From: Marsupella aquatica
Taxonomy: Eukaryota; Plantae; Marchantiophyta
NCBI GenBank assembly: GCA_973895155.1
Contig: OZ316897.1
Location: 11,741,832-11,805,831 of the forward strand
Length of the DNA stretch: 64,000 bases
Direction of reading: 5' to 3'
The first letter of the stretch is position 1. Each line of letters opens with the position of its first letter. Of the stretch, positions 25,744-38,106 are shown piece by piece. The position numbers were made by a program, and so were the translations under genes. The notes under the pieces are model-generated. The model was not told the origin of the DNA and searched no databases. It was given only the letters and a program-made list of their open reading frames with translations.

Positions 25744-28124
25744 TTAACACAACTAGAAGGGTAAAGCAACAAACCTGCAGACCTGATAGCTCACGACCCT
25801 AAACTCCTTTCATTGTTGTGGTAGGTTACGGGTTCAGGATTCACCATAGGCGTCCCCAGCCTAATTCATCCTTTTCCAGGCCTAATTCATCCTTTTCCAG
25901 TCCATGTGACTCTCCCTTTGAGATCTCCTAAGCTATGCTGTTCACATTTCTTTCTCTAGTTGACACTATTCTCTGCTGTTTGTCAGAAATAGACACTCAG
26001 TAATAACATCCCCACACTATGACAATGGGAAACACAACCCCACGGCAATTCTGAATAATTTGAAATTATTCCTACAGATTTGCATATCAAGCCCTTGATC
26101 CTTGCAAACAATACAGGCCCATGCCTTCAACCAGTGCTGTTGAGTGCCCAAGCGGTAGTATGAACAGCACCAACTAATCTACGAAAATAAGCAGAAAACT
26201 CCTGCAAATAATGCCTAGCCTCTGCCCCTGCATCTGGAGTTATGTGGGACTCTAGGTGTTTAAATCTCTCCATACCTGTACAATGAAGTCTCACCCAAAT
26301 ATGACTTCAAACCCTCAGTGCTTTGCCAGCTCAGTAAATAGGACCAAATGCAGATCCAATGGAACTGAGTAGAACCATTGAGTAGGACTTTGCAGTCTCG
26401 TTGTCATGAATTGCAATCTCGCCATGACTCTAGTCAATGAATCTCCAAAGTGCGGTGAACCGTGTTTAGGACAGAGAATGGCGATGGCTACAGAAGATGG
26501 CTGGAACGACACAAATTTCGTCTGATCCATGATCTTCCGTTGTAAACAGTCCGTTTTGAAACTTTGGGATAGAGGACCTTCCAGCAAGAGAAAGTGTGGA
26601 TATGCATGTAACGGCTTGCAAAGGCGTTACAGCAATCCTGCTTGTGCATAAATGTGTGTCCCATAATTCATGGTGTTAATGACGAGCCTCGACTCTCCTT
26701 CTATTTTTTCAGTTCTATCAAGGTAAGCTGACGCTTTGCTCCATTCATCAACTCTCCAACACCACTCCTATTTGGCTGCCTTGTTTTCACCGACCACCAC
26801 TTGTATGAACTCCAGGTACCTGCTAGCTCACGGGCTTATATTTGTTCTCCCAGAATGATATTGGTCGCAAATATAAATTAACAGGAGACTGGAAAACTAA
26901 TTTATTATCCCTCATTTTTGAACTTGCAATTGAGTTCGTTTTCTCTCTAGATTGGTCAATGGGCTCACCCGTGGGCTCACCAAGTTGGCAGTGTCGTGGA
27001 AAAGAAATTCATTATTTTGTTATTTTGAAGTTCATAATCAAGTCTTGCTGTTTCTCACACTTAGTCAATGGGCTAAACTTTTATTTGTTCTATTAGTCTT
27101 CCGCGGGCATCCACAAGGAACTCGAGTTCTTTAATTCTCAGAGATGAATTGCAGCTATTCCAGATTGTGGCAGTGCTCACAGTAATACACCAAAGCAAGG
27201 GAGGCAATATCCGGCCATGGCTCTAAAATAACGCTGACATTAAATTCATGTGCAGGAGGTGGAGAATAAGGGCAGAGAATATGGCTTCTATGCTCGTGCT
27301 GAGGAATTCAGTTGGTGGTCCGTAAATACGTCCTGGCTCATTGCCAAATCTCATAACTGAATCGGGCCTTCTAGTTGAAAGAATAGTTACAATTCCAATT
27401 GCCCGGCCGTTTTACGATTCTGATATTGGATGTTACATCCCTGACTTCAATCGTAGCTCTGTTCTTACTTGCTTTCTAAAGTATTGTGCGTCTCACCAAA
27501 GGTCCACGATTTTTAACCCATCGCGAGAACTTGTCTCCAACTACATGGCCTGTGATTAGTTTGGTTCCCCAAGTTAAAGAAAGGGAGCAACTAGAGGGTT
27601 ATCCCTTGGTACGTCCGGAAAGGATTCAATTTGAAATTGACAGTGCTTGTAACGCGGTAGTTGTTCCAAACCCGGTTCCAAACTGCAGGGGCACTGAGAA
27701 AAGGGACAGACATGCACGATTCAGTGGGCGTCCAGAACGGTTTAGAAACCTAGATCTGACTTATTACTTTACTGGATAAATGCAAAGAGACGTGTGAATG
27801 ACCAATGGGCTGTGGAGGAGCTAGCTTTGCCACACTGGATCTTCACCACATGCGCCATCTCAAAGTGGGCTATATCAAAATAGAATTTCACCTTTCTGAT
27901 CAGACGTCAAATTTCCAGTCAATGCAAGGACAACGTGCTTTTAAAAAAATGATTGATCATTGCTTTCTAGGAAAGATGATACCTACCCAAATGCAAGTCC
28001 CACAAGGATGCCTTCTGTCAAGACAGGAGCAGATCAGAATGAAAAGTAAACAGCTTATCTTTGAGGACACTCAAAATCACATTGGCAAAGTGGAACCATG
28101 CAAAATAATTTGAGAAACTCTACG

Positions 28125-28342
28125 GTCTTTGTCTTTTGATCATACTCAGCCCAAGGTAGCATGGCTTCTGGCCCTAAACCATCCCATAGTGCAACAATTT
28201 GTTGTGCTGACAAGATTGAACTTCGAGATGTCTTTGTCCTTTCGATCATACTCAGCCCAAGGTAGCATGGCTTCTTGCCCTAAACCATCCCATAGTGCAA
28301 CTTACAATTTGTTGTGCTGACAATATTGAACTTGGAGATGTC
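28125..28342. repeat. Approximately 105-bp tandem duplication
   Basis: Two near-identical units containing GATCATACTCAGCCCAAGGTAGCATGGCTTC. Confidence 0.92.
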
Positions 28343-29508
28343 CTTTGAAACAAATGAAGGACGGTGTGCATAGTTGGTTTTGAATGGAATAAATTGTTCG
28401 CTTAGGGATTATTAGACAGGCTAATCCAATGGATGGAACGGGGAAGGAAACCCTAAAGCTATTGTGTTGTTCTGCACAGGTAGCTATTGCGTTGTTCTGA
28501 ACAGCTCATTTTCCATCTCTCTCAAATTTGGCGGCTTTGGTTTTTGTCGTAAGCTGTTCAAAATCTGTCACATTTAGTGATTAAAACAGGCTCAGTCAGA
28601 TCACCAGTGACTTATGCTAATTTTAGTCGAGCAATTTTGGTTGTCATATAGGGTGTCAAAGTTGGGTTCCACTTTTGCACATGTTATGATTGGGCATGTG
28701 CAACTCACATTCAAACAGGTATGTCATGAACTATTGTGAATACATCATCCACTTCCGGCACAGCCTAAGCATTCAATTTTGAATATGTAGCCCAGCCCAT
28801 GATTTTATTGTGCAGCTAGGTGATGCAGGGTATCCAGATTGGATAGGATATGGGTCTGATCAGTGAGAAGCCTCAGCCTGGCTATGATTTTGACTAGATA
28901 GGAATATTATGATTTGAAATTGATGGACTATGGGTTGAACTTGTTTTGTAAACACTTTTCAACATAATGTGCATTTGTTTTACAATAAGAAAAGCAAGGC
29001 AGGTCCGCCAAACTGGGAGTATTATCATCTTCAGCTGGCTACTGTTCAGTTGCAATCACCCAGGTAAGTACAAGACTGAAAACATCATATATTGAACATT
29101 GCGTGCCATTCTTGCATGCTGGAGAGATTGAGGCTCATAATGTGCTCAGTCACGGCAATACGCTCAGCTATGCAAAATAGGCTCTTACTTGCCACATAAG
29201 TACGAGACAGCATCTAGATCCACTCACATGATTGCTCTCAAAGAAAATTCCAGTTTTGAACTCACATAGTTGGGAGTCGTGCTCTCAGTAAACTATGCGC
29301 AATTGAGGGTCTTTCCTACTAGTGCTTGGTGCTGCACAAGATGCTCTCAATCTGTGAGTTCTGCAGGGCCTCTGCACAATGTTGATGCTGCAACAAAACA
29401 CCCTAGGGCAATGTCAAAGCTGGATTTATCACAAAAATTTGTTGTTGAGTTCTGTTTGAGGGCGGCATGATTCATCACGGCATTGGTGCTTCAGTGACAG
29501 CAAACTAG

Positions 29509-29630
29509 AAAAAAAAGCGTGTTTGTAAGCAGTACCTGAACTTCGATGAAGCCTTGTTCTATCCCAGCCTAGCACGAGCATGTCCTCTCTACTTGTCGGT
29601 GCTCTCTCCGGCCGGCATGGCTCACAGCTC
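29509..29630 (-). ncRNA. Candidate Pol III small RNA (about 120 nt), family unrecognised
   Basis: Minus-strand TTTATAT at 29660-29654; CACCCGTGCG ending 24 nt upstream of it; a potential 5' hairpin; T8 run at 29516-29509. Confidence 0.3.
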
Positions 29631-30477
29631 GTCCTTCTGCTCTCGGAGTTCACATATAAAAGAGTGCTACCAGTGCAAACTCAGCGCACGGGTGCCTCAG
29701 CACTCACAAGCTACTGTCCACAATGTTTGAATAGCATTCGGATCTAAGTTAACAGAACATGGTTATGGTTATTAATGGTTAAGTGTTGAGCTTGTTTGCT
29801 TACAGGAAAAGAAAAAATAGCTCCTGCAATTATATGGGCGTTCCTATCAGTCTCGAGTTAGAGTCAAACGCTATCTTGGTATCATCGAGTATTGATACTT
29901 CCTAATGATACCACATGAATTTTGGTTCATCCCACAAGTTTTGTGCTTCCTTCCTCAGCCTTGCTGTGGCAGATTAGCTTCCAGTAATGAAAAGCTAGTC
30001 TAGAAGACCCTAGGACAATGCTACCATAGATCAGTTTAGGTTTGAAGCCAGAATCTACGTCGCCTGAGCTGAGCGTCTCCACCCAACTGTGTTGTAGTTG
30101 CCTTGCAATGATTCCATAGTTTGATGGACGTCATACACAATTCACCTACAACCATGAATTCTACCGAGGTAGAATTCTGCCCTCAAGTAGAATTCATGGC
30201 AGAATTCATGGCGGTAGGTACCTTTCTTCTTCCTGGTCATTTACCCGCCTCTAAATTTTGCAATTTGCTCGGCTTCGTTGCGTTGCATCTGCCTACGAAT
30301 CTGTAGTTTCTCACATCTGCCAGCTCGCTTCAGCACCGAGGTTGATATGAAAGACTCCGCCGATTCCAAGGCGGACAACGAAGTCGAAGCCCAACAAATT
30401 GCCGACGAAATCTACAAGACCAATGACCAGGAACAAAAACAACACGAAATGGGCAAACATGCTGCAAGAGGCCCATT

Positions 30478-33400
30478 TCAGCCGATACCATTTCCACTGC
30501 TGCCGCTGTCGATCGACGAGGACTTCAGGGTGACGATTTGGTGATGCAAATTGGGTGTCCTCACCACTTTCGACGCGGCCCGCTGTTTCACTAATGGGAC
30601 AAGGGACTGAACGACGTCTGTCATTAACGGTCTATAATCTGCTTCTGGCTGAACGCACATGGCAGCTATTGCTCCAACCTGCAATCATTAATGGCAACCA
30701 TCACTACGTACTCCAGGCGAAATGGAGCAGCATCTCTATACCCTGGAATAATTGAAACAGAAAAGTGGAGCTCAGCAAACAGAAACACCCCGGAATTTCT
30801 ATTACCTGAATGAGTTCTTTGATAGCAAATTGCCCTTGCAACACGGGATCGAGCATCTCTGTCAATTTCTCCCTATCTGTTAGTCTGGGTAAGGCCTGCG
30901 CATCAATTCAATAACCATGAGCACACAGGAACTACAAGAAGGAGCCAGCCCATATCAAACCGACAATTAAAATAGTAACCTCTGGCCTTCGAAACTAAGA
31001 GCCTAGCGTTTGCCATTTCGTCACATTGACATGGAAAGAAGAATCTCACCCAAGACACAAGAACGCCCTGACCAGGGGGTCTCTTCATATCTACGGGTAC
31101 TCGACCGGTGAGAAGCTCCAACAGCACAACACCATAGCTATACACGTCTGACTTTGTTGTCAAATGTCCCGTCAATGCATACCTGCGGCAACATTGGCCC
31201 ATCAGGGTAAGAAGTCTTTCTTGATTGGTCGTCGTCAAACTGTCTAAATGGCTTGGTTAATTCTTCCCTTAGTTGCGTAAATGGAGGCTCAAAGTTCAAA
31301 CACAACTTCCATGCCTTTCCATCCATATGTCGGCTTTGTAATTTTCGTTGGCGGGAAAGCTCTACGACTTCATTCTGTTGAGGCATACTGCAAAGAAGCG
31401 CCTTCAAAACAGGTCCCATCAATAGACTTCGTGCGGGAAAGAATACTCACTCTGGGGCGACGTATCCGTGAGTGCCGAGAACTCGAGTAGAGACATAGCC
31501 TCCAGCCTTCTCGGATCCGAGCTTCGCTAATCCAAAATCGGACACCTTGGCGTTGAAGTTCTCGTCCAGCAGTGTGTTACTGCTTTTGAAATCACGATGA
31601 ATGATGGGAGGGCAGACGAGTTCATGCAAGTATTCCAGGCCCCGAGCTGCATCTAGAGCAATGCGGAGCCTTGTTCCCCAGTCAAGCAAGGGCGGGTTGC
31701 CTGATGAACCTGTGAGGACGCGACAGATCATGTGAGGACAGGGAAAACCAGAGGGAGGCACATACTGGTGTCCAAAGAGTAAAACCTCCCAAAAGAGCAA
31801 CAGAATCTTAACTAGGCCATCACTGAAAAAGCACATTGCAGTGGATGCCATGCTATTGTAATACAACTTACCGTCGGAGTACAGGTGCTCCTGGAGACTT
31901 CCATTTGGCATGTATTCATAAACGAGTAGGCGGTGGTCTTGATCAGCGCAGTATCCGTGCAATTCCAGCAGATATTGAGAGTGTAATCGACTCAACATAT
32001 CCACCTGCGTCATAACAAAGCAAGGTTAGTGTAACAACAAAGTGAAGGTGTGCTCGTACCTTCTGCTTGCAACTACTGTCCGGATTGGTTTCTCTCATGA
32101 ATGAAAAAGACTTACTACATTTGACAGAAGCCTGGATAAAACCATCAGACATTGCAATAATCGTATACTGATCGAAACAAGCTGGCCTTCTACTGGAGTC
32201 CTGAAGGTGAGCTGTGCGAGAAGTTCTTCACAATCTCCACAGGCGGTGTGAAACGTTGGGGTTCGAAGACTGATTCAAATCCAAAGATCAGAAGAATCGT
32301 TGGGAGATGGACAAAGGACTGCGTACCTCCACCCTGAACTCATGCTCTCCTTGCTTTCCAGCCCGGTCCAGCTGCTTGATTGCCGCAAGCCGCCCATCTG
32401 CAAGAACTGCTCGGTAAACAGAACCGAACCCACCATGTCCGACGACATTGACGGTGCTGAAATTGTTGGTGGCATGCTGCAATTGCTTGTATGTGAAAAC
32501 CTGCGCAGCTGCCTTCACTGTGGCCTTGGTGATCGGTTGGACATACTCGGCCGGTTTCTGCTTTAGAGCTGAACTCCAGACAATCCCACCAAAGTAATTG
32601 AGAGTTGTTAGTATATGAGAAGTTCTGAACACGTCGGCTCAGAAAGGTGAGATGCATACGGACGTCTATTTTGCAACTCTGTTTCTCCCACACTATCATT
32701 GACGTTTGTTACACGACCATAGCGAGTCATGGTATTTAGACCCTCAATCCCCAGCTTCTCGCTGTCCCGAGAATCTAAGTCCGATTCAAGACACCTCCAG
32801 TAATTATCCGAGAATCTTTTAAGTATTTAGTCAGCATCATTGAGTGCCTTGCAGACATTACACATCGATAAATGTCAGCACCTTAGGTGGTGAGACTGTC
32901 TTCGTAGCCTGTAAGATTGCAATCCCCCTACCGATCTACGGGCCAACGAAAATGTACGTAGTACTCATGGTGCATGGCTACTGATTTTGAAACTAATAAC
33001 TGAACGCCCTGCTCTTTTGGGTCTAAGTGAACGTTAGACACCAACCTCTCAATCACTTCTAGTGTCACTTTGGTCGCCCGGATGAACCTAGCTTCTGAGT
33101 CCTTTCCCAAGGTACAATGAACAGTGCAAGAAAGGAACCAGTGCTGCCGTTGCGCTGTTAATAGTTAGCCAAAGGAATTCGAGGCAAGGTCGAGCGTTAT
33201 GGAGGTCATTGACGCATGTCTAGGATCAAATGGCGGCGACAAGGACAACTTCTAAATTAAGACGCGAAGCCATATGAGATAGGCAATGGTTTTGGAAATG
33301 CTAGTGCCAGGTGGGAGAAAACCATTTGAGACATGCAAATCACTGAATCTAGTCCAGCATACTCATTAAACACACATTCAAGGCTCCTGAAGACGGACCA

Positions 33401-33679
33401 CCGCAGGAATGATATTACCTAAAGTTTGATAGGTAAGGGCAGGGACTCACGGCGTTGGTAGGCAGCACGTCGACCTTTTCGTCGAATGTGGCAAAAGTAC
33501 ATGAAACTAGCGATGAGAGTGGTGAGGGCCATCGCTGCGACGACTGCCACAACGACGATGATAATGTTATTGGTTCGTGCATGGTTACTGGAAGGTGATT
33601 GAAGTTGCTTCTGAGGATCTGTGCCAGAGACGTTTTGGGGCGCACTAGCCGATCCAGAATCCTGTGCAGCACTTCTCAT
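30478..33679 (-). CDS. Single-TM receptor-like Ser/Thr kinase (At3g58690/At1g54820-like); 7 exons
   Basis: Exons 33679-33451, 32568-32327, 32004-31872, 31709-31451, 31182-31050, 30895-30806, 30678-30478; phase-consistent [30 protein letters not shown]; [50 protein letters not shown]. The start ATG is inferred. Confidence 0.93.
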
Positions 33680-35835
33680 TGCAGCCAACTGTCTTGGCAA
33701 AGCATTCCAACCGGGGAAAAAGGTACTTCCCACAATAAGTGGATCAACTGCACCGTCACTTCGGAACTCAATCTGTCATGGCCTGGCCTGTTCGACGAAC
33801 AATAATGACCATCGCTCGCTCACCGCTTTTCTCCTGACAATGGAACAGTCAGATAGCCAAAACTTCGGCAAATAACTGTGACAGAGGCACGTCCAAGTTG
33901 ATATTTGCTCCGAAGGCATGCACTTCGGCCCGTTGCGTCTACCAAGCCAAGACGAGTGGTGCATGAGCGATCCCACTGAACCGATCTTTGGAGGGCAGTG
34001 TCGTCACCTTCCGTTACGTAGTATGTGTATGGATGGAGTCACACAAACTAAATGGGAACAAAAGCACAGACAAACAATGACAGACAGAAAATAACAGTGT
34101 CAGAATAACTTGTAGAATTCGGATTGAAGGGGATTTTAATCCCAAACAACAATGTCTCTCCCACCAGAATCATTGGCGAAAGTTATGTCCTCATCACGTC
34201 TCTACTGTACAGCTAATCCAAAGCTTGAATTTAACAAGCTGAGTACTCCAAGGTGGAAATCAGCTACAGCCGCAAAGCTAGACGTCTGAAACAATCAGGC
34301 CAACAGCCGAAGACGCCATCGGCTGAAATGCAGCTAGAAGGCGAGGCGCATACACTATGTGTGTACATGATAGCTAGCCAGCTAATAGACGTCTAAACCC
34401 AATCCACATTGCCCTCGCCTTATCAGCGCAGGGCATCGAAGAGCAATGCTTGATGGCAGCATATTATGGACGGACAAGGAATGTCGAACCAACAAGTACA
34501 GGCGCAATGAAAGCTTTCACTACGAAAACGGTGACAAGTCGCTGCTCACATTGCGCCTCAGACCGACGTCGCTCGCATTGAACATGCTGATGGTGTGATA
34601 ATACTCATTCAATGCACTGCGGTCCACAATGTGTCGTTCTTCTACACACCAAGTGTCGCTGCCCCTCGCTATCTCGTCTTCGTTACCAACTTGACCGGCT
34701 CAACTCCAAATCATACGAACGATGTGTTTCTGTTCACATATCTATCATCAGTCAACTGTTAACTTTTCGACCCCAGAAAAGTGAGATCAACAGTAATGCG
34801 CCAGCCACCCAACAATCAAACGTCATCCCTGCGCGTCACAGACCACGAAGAGCGCCTTCCCAGTTGCTATGCAATCCTTCCTTCCCGGGGAACACCACGG
34901 AAATGTCCTGACAGAGCTCAACTTGCAGCAGAGAACCTTTTGCACTCCTCCCCGCAGACTTCTCCGTCTCTATCACTCTCGCAAACCGCCCACAAAAATC
35001 AACCCACCAAACCGAATGATATCAAAACTCTTGACAAAGCCAGACACCTTCACTGCTGCTGGAAGCTTCATCTGCTCAACCTGCTTGACTCTCGCACTAC
35101 ATTCCTCGATCCAAAACCCATAGTCGAGAATCAACTAAAGTACTGGTTATTCGATGCAGCAGATGAGAAATCTGATGGCGCAATTCTCCGAGGACAAGTG
35201 CTGACTAGGCTGCTTACGAGAAGAAATCGCATGAGCTGCACCAGCCTGCAACTTACTGCAACTCTGCAAGCTAGGCTGATTTGCAAAGGGAGCGAGTTCT
35301 CATGCTCAGGTTCAACGAAACTGTTTACGTATGCATTGACTGGCCCGAAACCCGGTTCCTTGGCAGTCCAAAGAAACCCCTGCAACTACCATAACTTCAT
35401 CAGGGGTTCGGAATCTTTCATTAAATCCTTTCTCCTTCAGTTTACAACAGTGGATTGTCTAGAATTAATGTAGAGGTAGACAAAGCAGCAGAGACAAAAG
35501 TGCAGATATCTTTGAATCTTCCATCCTTCCCGACCATCTTGTAATAAGTAAGACAAAGGGGAGAATGATACCCGTAGATCTGGTCAAAGTTTGGCCCGAC
35601 GAGTTGTGCAAGGTAAGGGAAACAAAATCAAATGAAAGCAGTGCCTTGTCCCCCTTTGGACAGCATTACTCATCAAGCCAAACAATCCGCTCTGTATCGT
35701 TCAAAAGAACACTGCCACTGACGATCATTGTGAGATCAACGGCAATGATGATCATCACTTCCCGAACACTGAGGAGTGAGAAACTACCGCACCATTCAAT
35801 GCTAACATTCATTAATTATTGCGGCAGTGCCCCAG

Positions 35836-36133
35836 GGGTAATTGTAACGTGCGAGCAAACAGTAAAAAATTTATTTGCACGAGCAAAAAAAATTCCTGCA
35901 TGACCCTTATTTTTCTACATGCAAGTGCCTTGCTATCAACTACCTGGTTGGTAACATCCCTTTTGGGGACTCCCTTTTCGCTAGCAAGCTCGCTAGCAAT
36001 CTGGAATCCTTAAAAAAACACAAAAAATGTAAAGGGCACCAAAAAGCAACTGAAATTTGGAACCATTAAATTCTCGCTATCAAAATCTGCTCGCTATCAA
36101 AATCTCCTGTTTGCTCGCAACATAGAATACCTT
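35836..36133. mobile_element. Mutator-like MITE with 9-bp TSD
   Basis: TSD GTGCCCCAG at 35827-35835 and 36134-36142; ~27-bp imperfect TIRs with perfect core GCGAGCAAACAG / CTGTTTGCTCGC; internal CTCGCTAKCAA repeats. Confidence 0.8.
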
Positions 36134-36704
36134 GTGCCCCAGTGGAGAAAGTGTTGCCTGCTTGCACTATCATCAAGCACATGGTTCACATAATAAGAAT
36201 ACTCCGTAATACCGTACTTATAAATGCTGGCCTTTCCAATTTTCAAAGAAAACGCTGTCTCAACCGGAAAATTAATGCACATAAAAAATACAATTTAAAT
36301 TGCAATTTTCCCTCCCTCACATTGCCTCAACATCACGATCACAATTGTCCTGCCTCTCAATGCGCCACTTCCACCACCATCAGGATCATAGTTTTCCCTC
36401 CTTCGAGCCCCTCACAGCACCCCCAACATTACAATCAAAATGGTCGCCATGGATGCCACCACCATCACAATTGGATCAAATGAAAAGGCATATTTAGGGT
36501 AGATCAAAGTTCAAAGCAATCTATACTGTTCTCGCAAAATTGTTGCCTCTGCTTGCATTGAATATTTGCTACAGTGGCAAGGGGGGCAAACATTTAGACC
36601 CTTTTGCAGATATTCCCATGTGCCCCGTCCAACACACTTGGTCTGCGGTCTCTGTTTATTGGGGGTTCTCAATATTAGGGTCGCGGAGTAAAACTGCCAT
36701 CCAC

Positions 36705-37008
36705 GTTGTATAGGGTAATGCAGGTCTGGGCGCAGGGTTACTAGGCTGTAACCTTGCATCCGGAATATGAAAAGAAGTTGACCGGCGGCAGCCGGAAAGC
36801 TTCTTTGAATATTCCGGGAGAAGGTTACAAACTATAACCCCAGCCCTGCATTGCATTAGCGTACGTAACTCCTGCCCGGAAAGAAGTTACCGGTTCAACT
36901 TTTCAGGAGAAGAGATTATGACTATAGCAGGCCTCTGCAGAAATGGTTACACGCCGGTAACCTCTTCTCCTGAAAGGATTTACCCAGACCTGCATTACCC
37001 TATACAAC
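36705..37008. mobile_element. MITE with perfect 26-bp inverted ends
   Basis: GTTGTATAGGGTAATGCAGGTCTGGG (36705-36730) is the exact reverse complement of 36983-37008; internal GGTTAC/GTAACC repeats. Confidence 0.85.
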
Positions 37009-37151
37009 AAACATTGCGCACAGTCAGGCAGCATCGTAGCACTCTTAGGTAGGAAATTGTTTTTTGATTTTGATTTTTGAAAGTTCCATTGCGTCAATGC
37101 AATCCTTGTGAATAGTCACCAACATCCTTGTTTGTTACAGGAAATCAAGTC

Positions 37152-37798
37152 ATGGGAGAGTGGACCTGCTTGTCAGATGTGGAGCATAGTAGGGCTAAGG
37201 GCGAGTGCATGACATTTTCTCCCTCTATAGTCTGGATAGCTAATTTTGTAGCTCCGAACCCTTGTCCACGCAAATTTGTATACACTGGCTGCCCCCATAG
37301 ATATCCTGGAGGTCGTCGTTGTGGTAAATCCCAGGAATTTGGGCCTCGTTGTCAACATTCCTTGCCAGGCGAGCTGCGATTTTGCTTCCAGGTAATCTGT
37401 TTCGAAGCTTGCCATGGAGGATCACCTCCCCTCCATGTTAATCTATGGGATTCAGCCAGCACACTCTTAGGGAGCACAGCTCCTGAGTTCCACTTTGTCC
37501 CTGAAGGGGAGCAGGTAGCATATGTAGCAAGCATCATGGAAAGCACTGTCCTCGGGTGAGAATTGACCTCCAAACCTTGACTGGTGATGTTTCTACTAAT
37601 CATCTGTCATTCTTTGATCTGAGTCACATTCCAATCCCATCAACATTGAGGGGATTGAGAACTCATATTCAAGTAGGATCACCCAGGACACCCAGCACAC
37701 CCAGTAAACAAAAGAAATACAGTACCAGTGTGAAGAAGCAACTTATCGATGATATCTGCAAGGCCATTAAATCAACTTCTTTAGGTGATAGCAATTGA
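37152..37798 (+). pseudogene. RPA1/RPA70 C-terminal-like OB-fold/zinc-ribbon ORF, one frameshift at about 37555
   Basis: FVYTGCPHRYPGGRRCGK...RC...LRFCFQV...LHVNLWDSASTLLGSTAPEF resembles the RPA1-C pattern (F/W)xYxACP..CxKKV..C..YR..I.D....F..A..LLG.SA.EL; basic S/T-rich tail TPSTPSKQKK. Confidence 0.6.
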
Positions 37799-38106
37799 TT
37801 GTTAGGTGGAATTAGAGCAGTGCACAGTACCAGGTTTAGAGCATTGTTTCTATGTTGTGATAAATCATCACCCTTTGATTGAAGCTGATGATGGTATTTT
37901 TTATTGTAACCAATTTAGTGATTAAATTTTGGTTCTGTGAAGACACAAAATCTGTGCAATGAGACCTGAGTCGAGAGCACATCTGTGCCTTGTGAATTTG
38001 TCAATTGTGTACAAACTTGTTTCTATTCCATTAAATTGTGTGTTGTGCATATGAATCATTTCTGTAATTTGTTACCCCATTCGTTACAGATACAAGATTG
38101 CTCACA

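Noticed and set aside
29560-29625. Patchy similarity to 5S rRNA, U6atac or a miR156/529 site
   Set aside because: Only short disjoint matches; spacing and key motifs are absent.
34781-35473. 230-aa + strand ORF
   Set aside because: Non-ATG start, no recognisable motifs, antisense to the probable kinase 5' leader.
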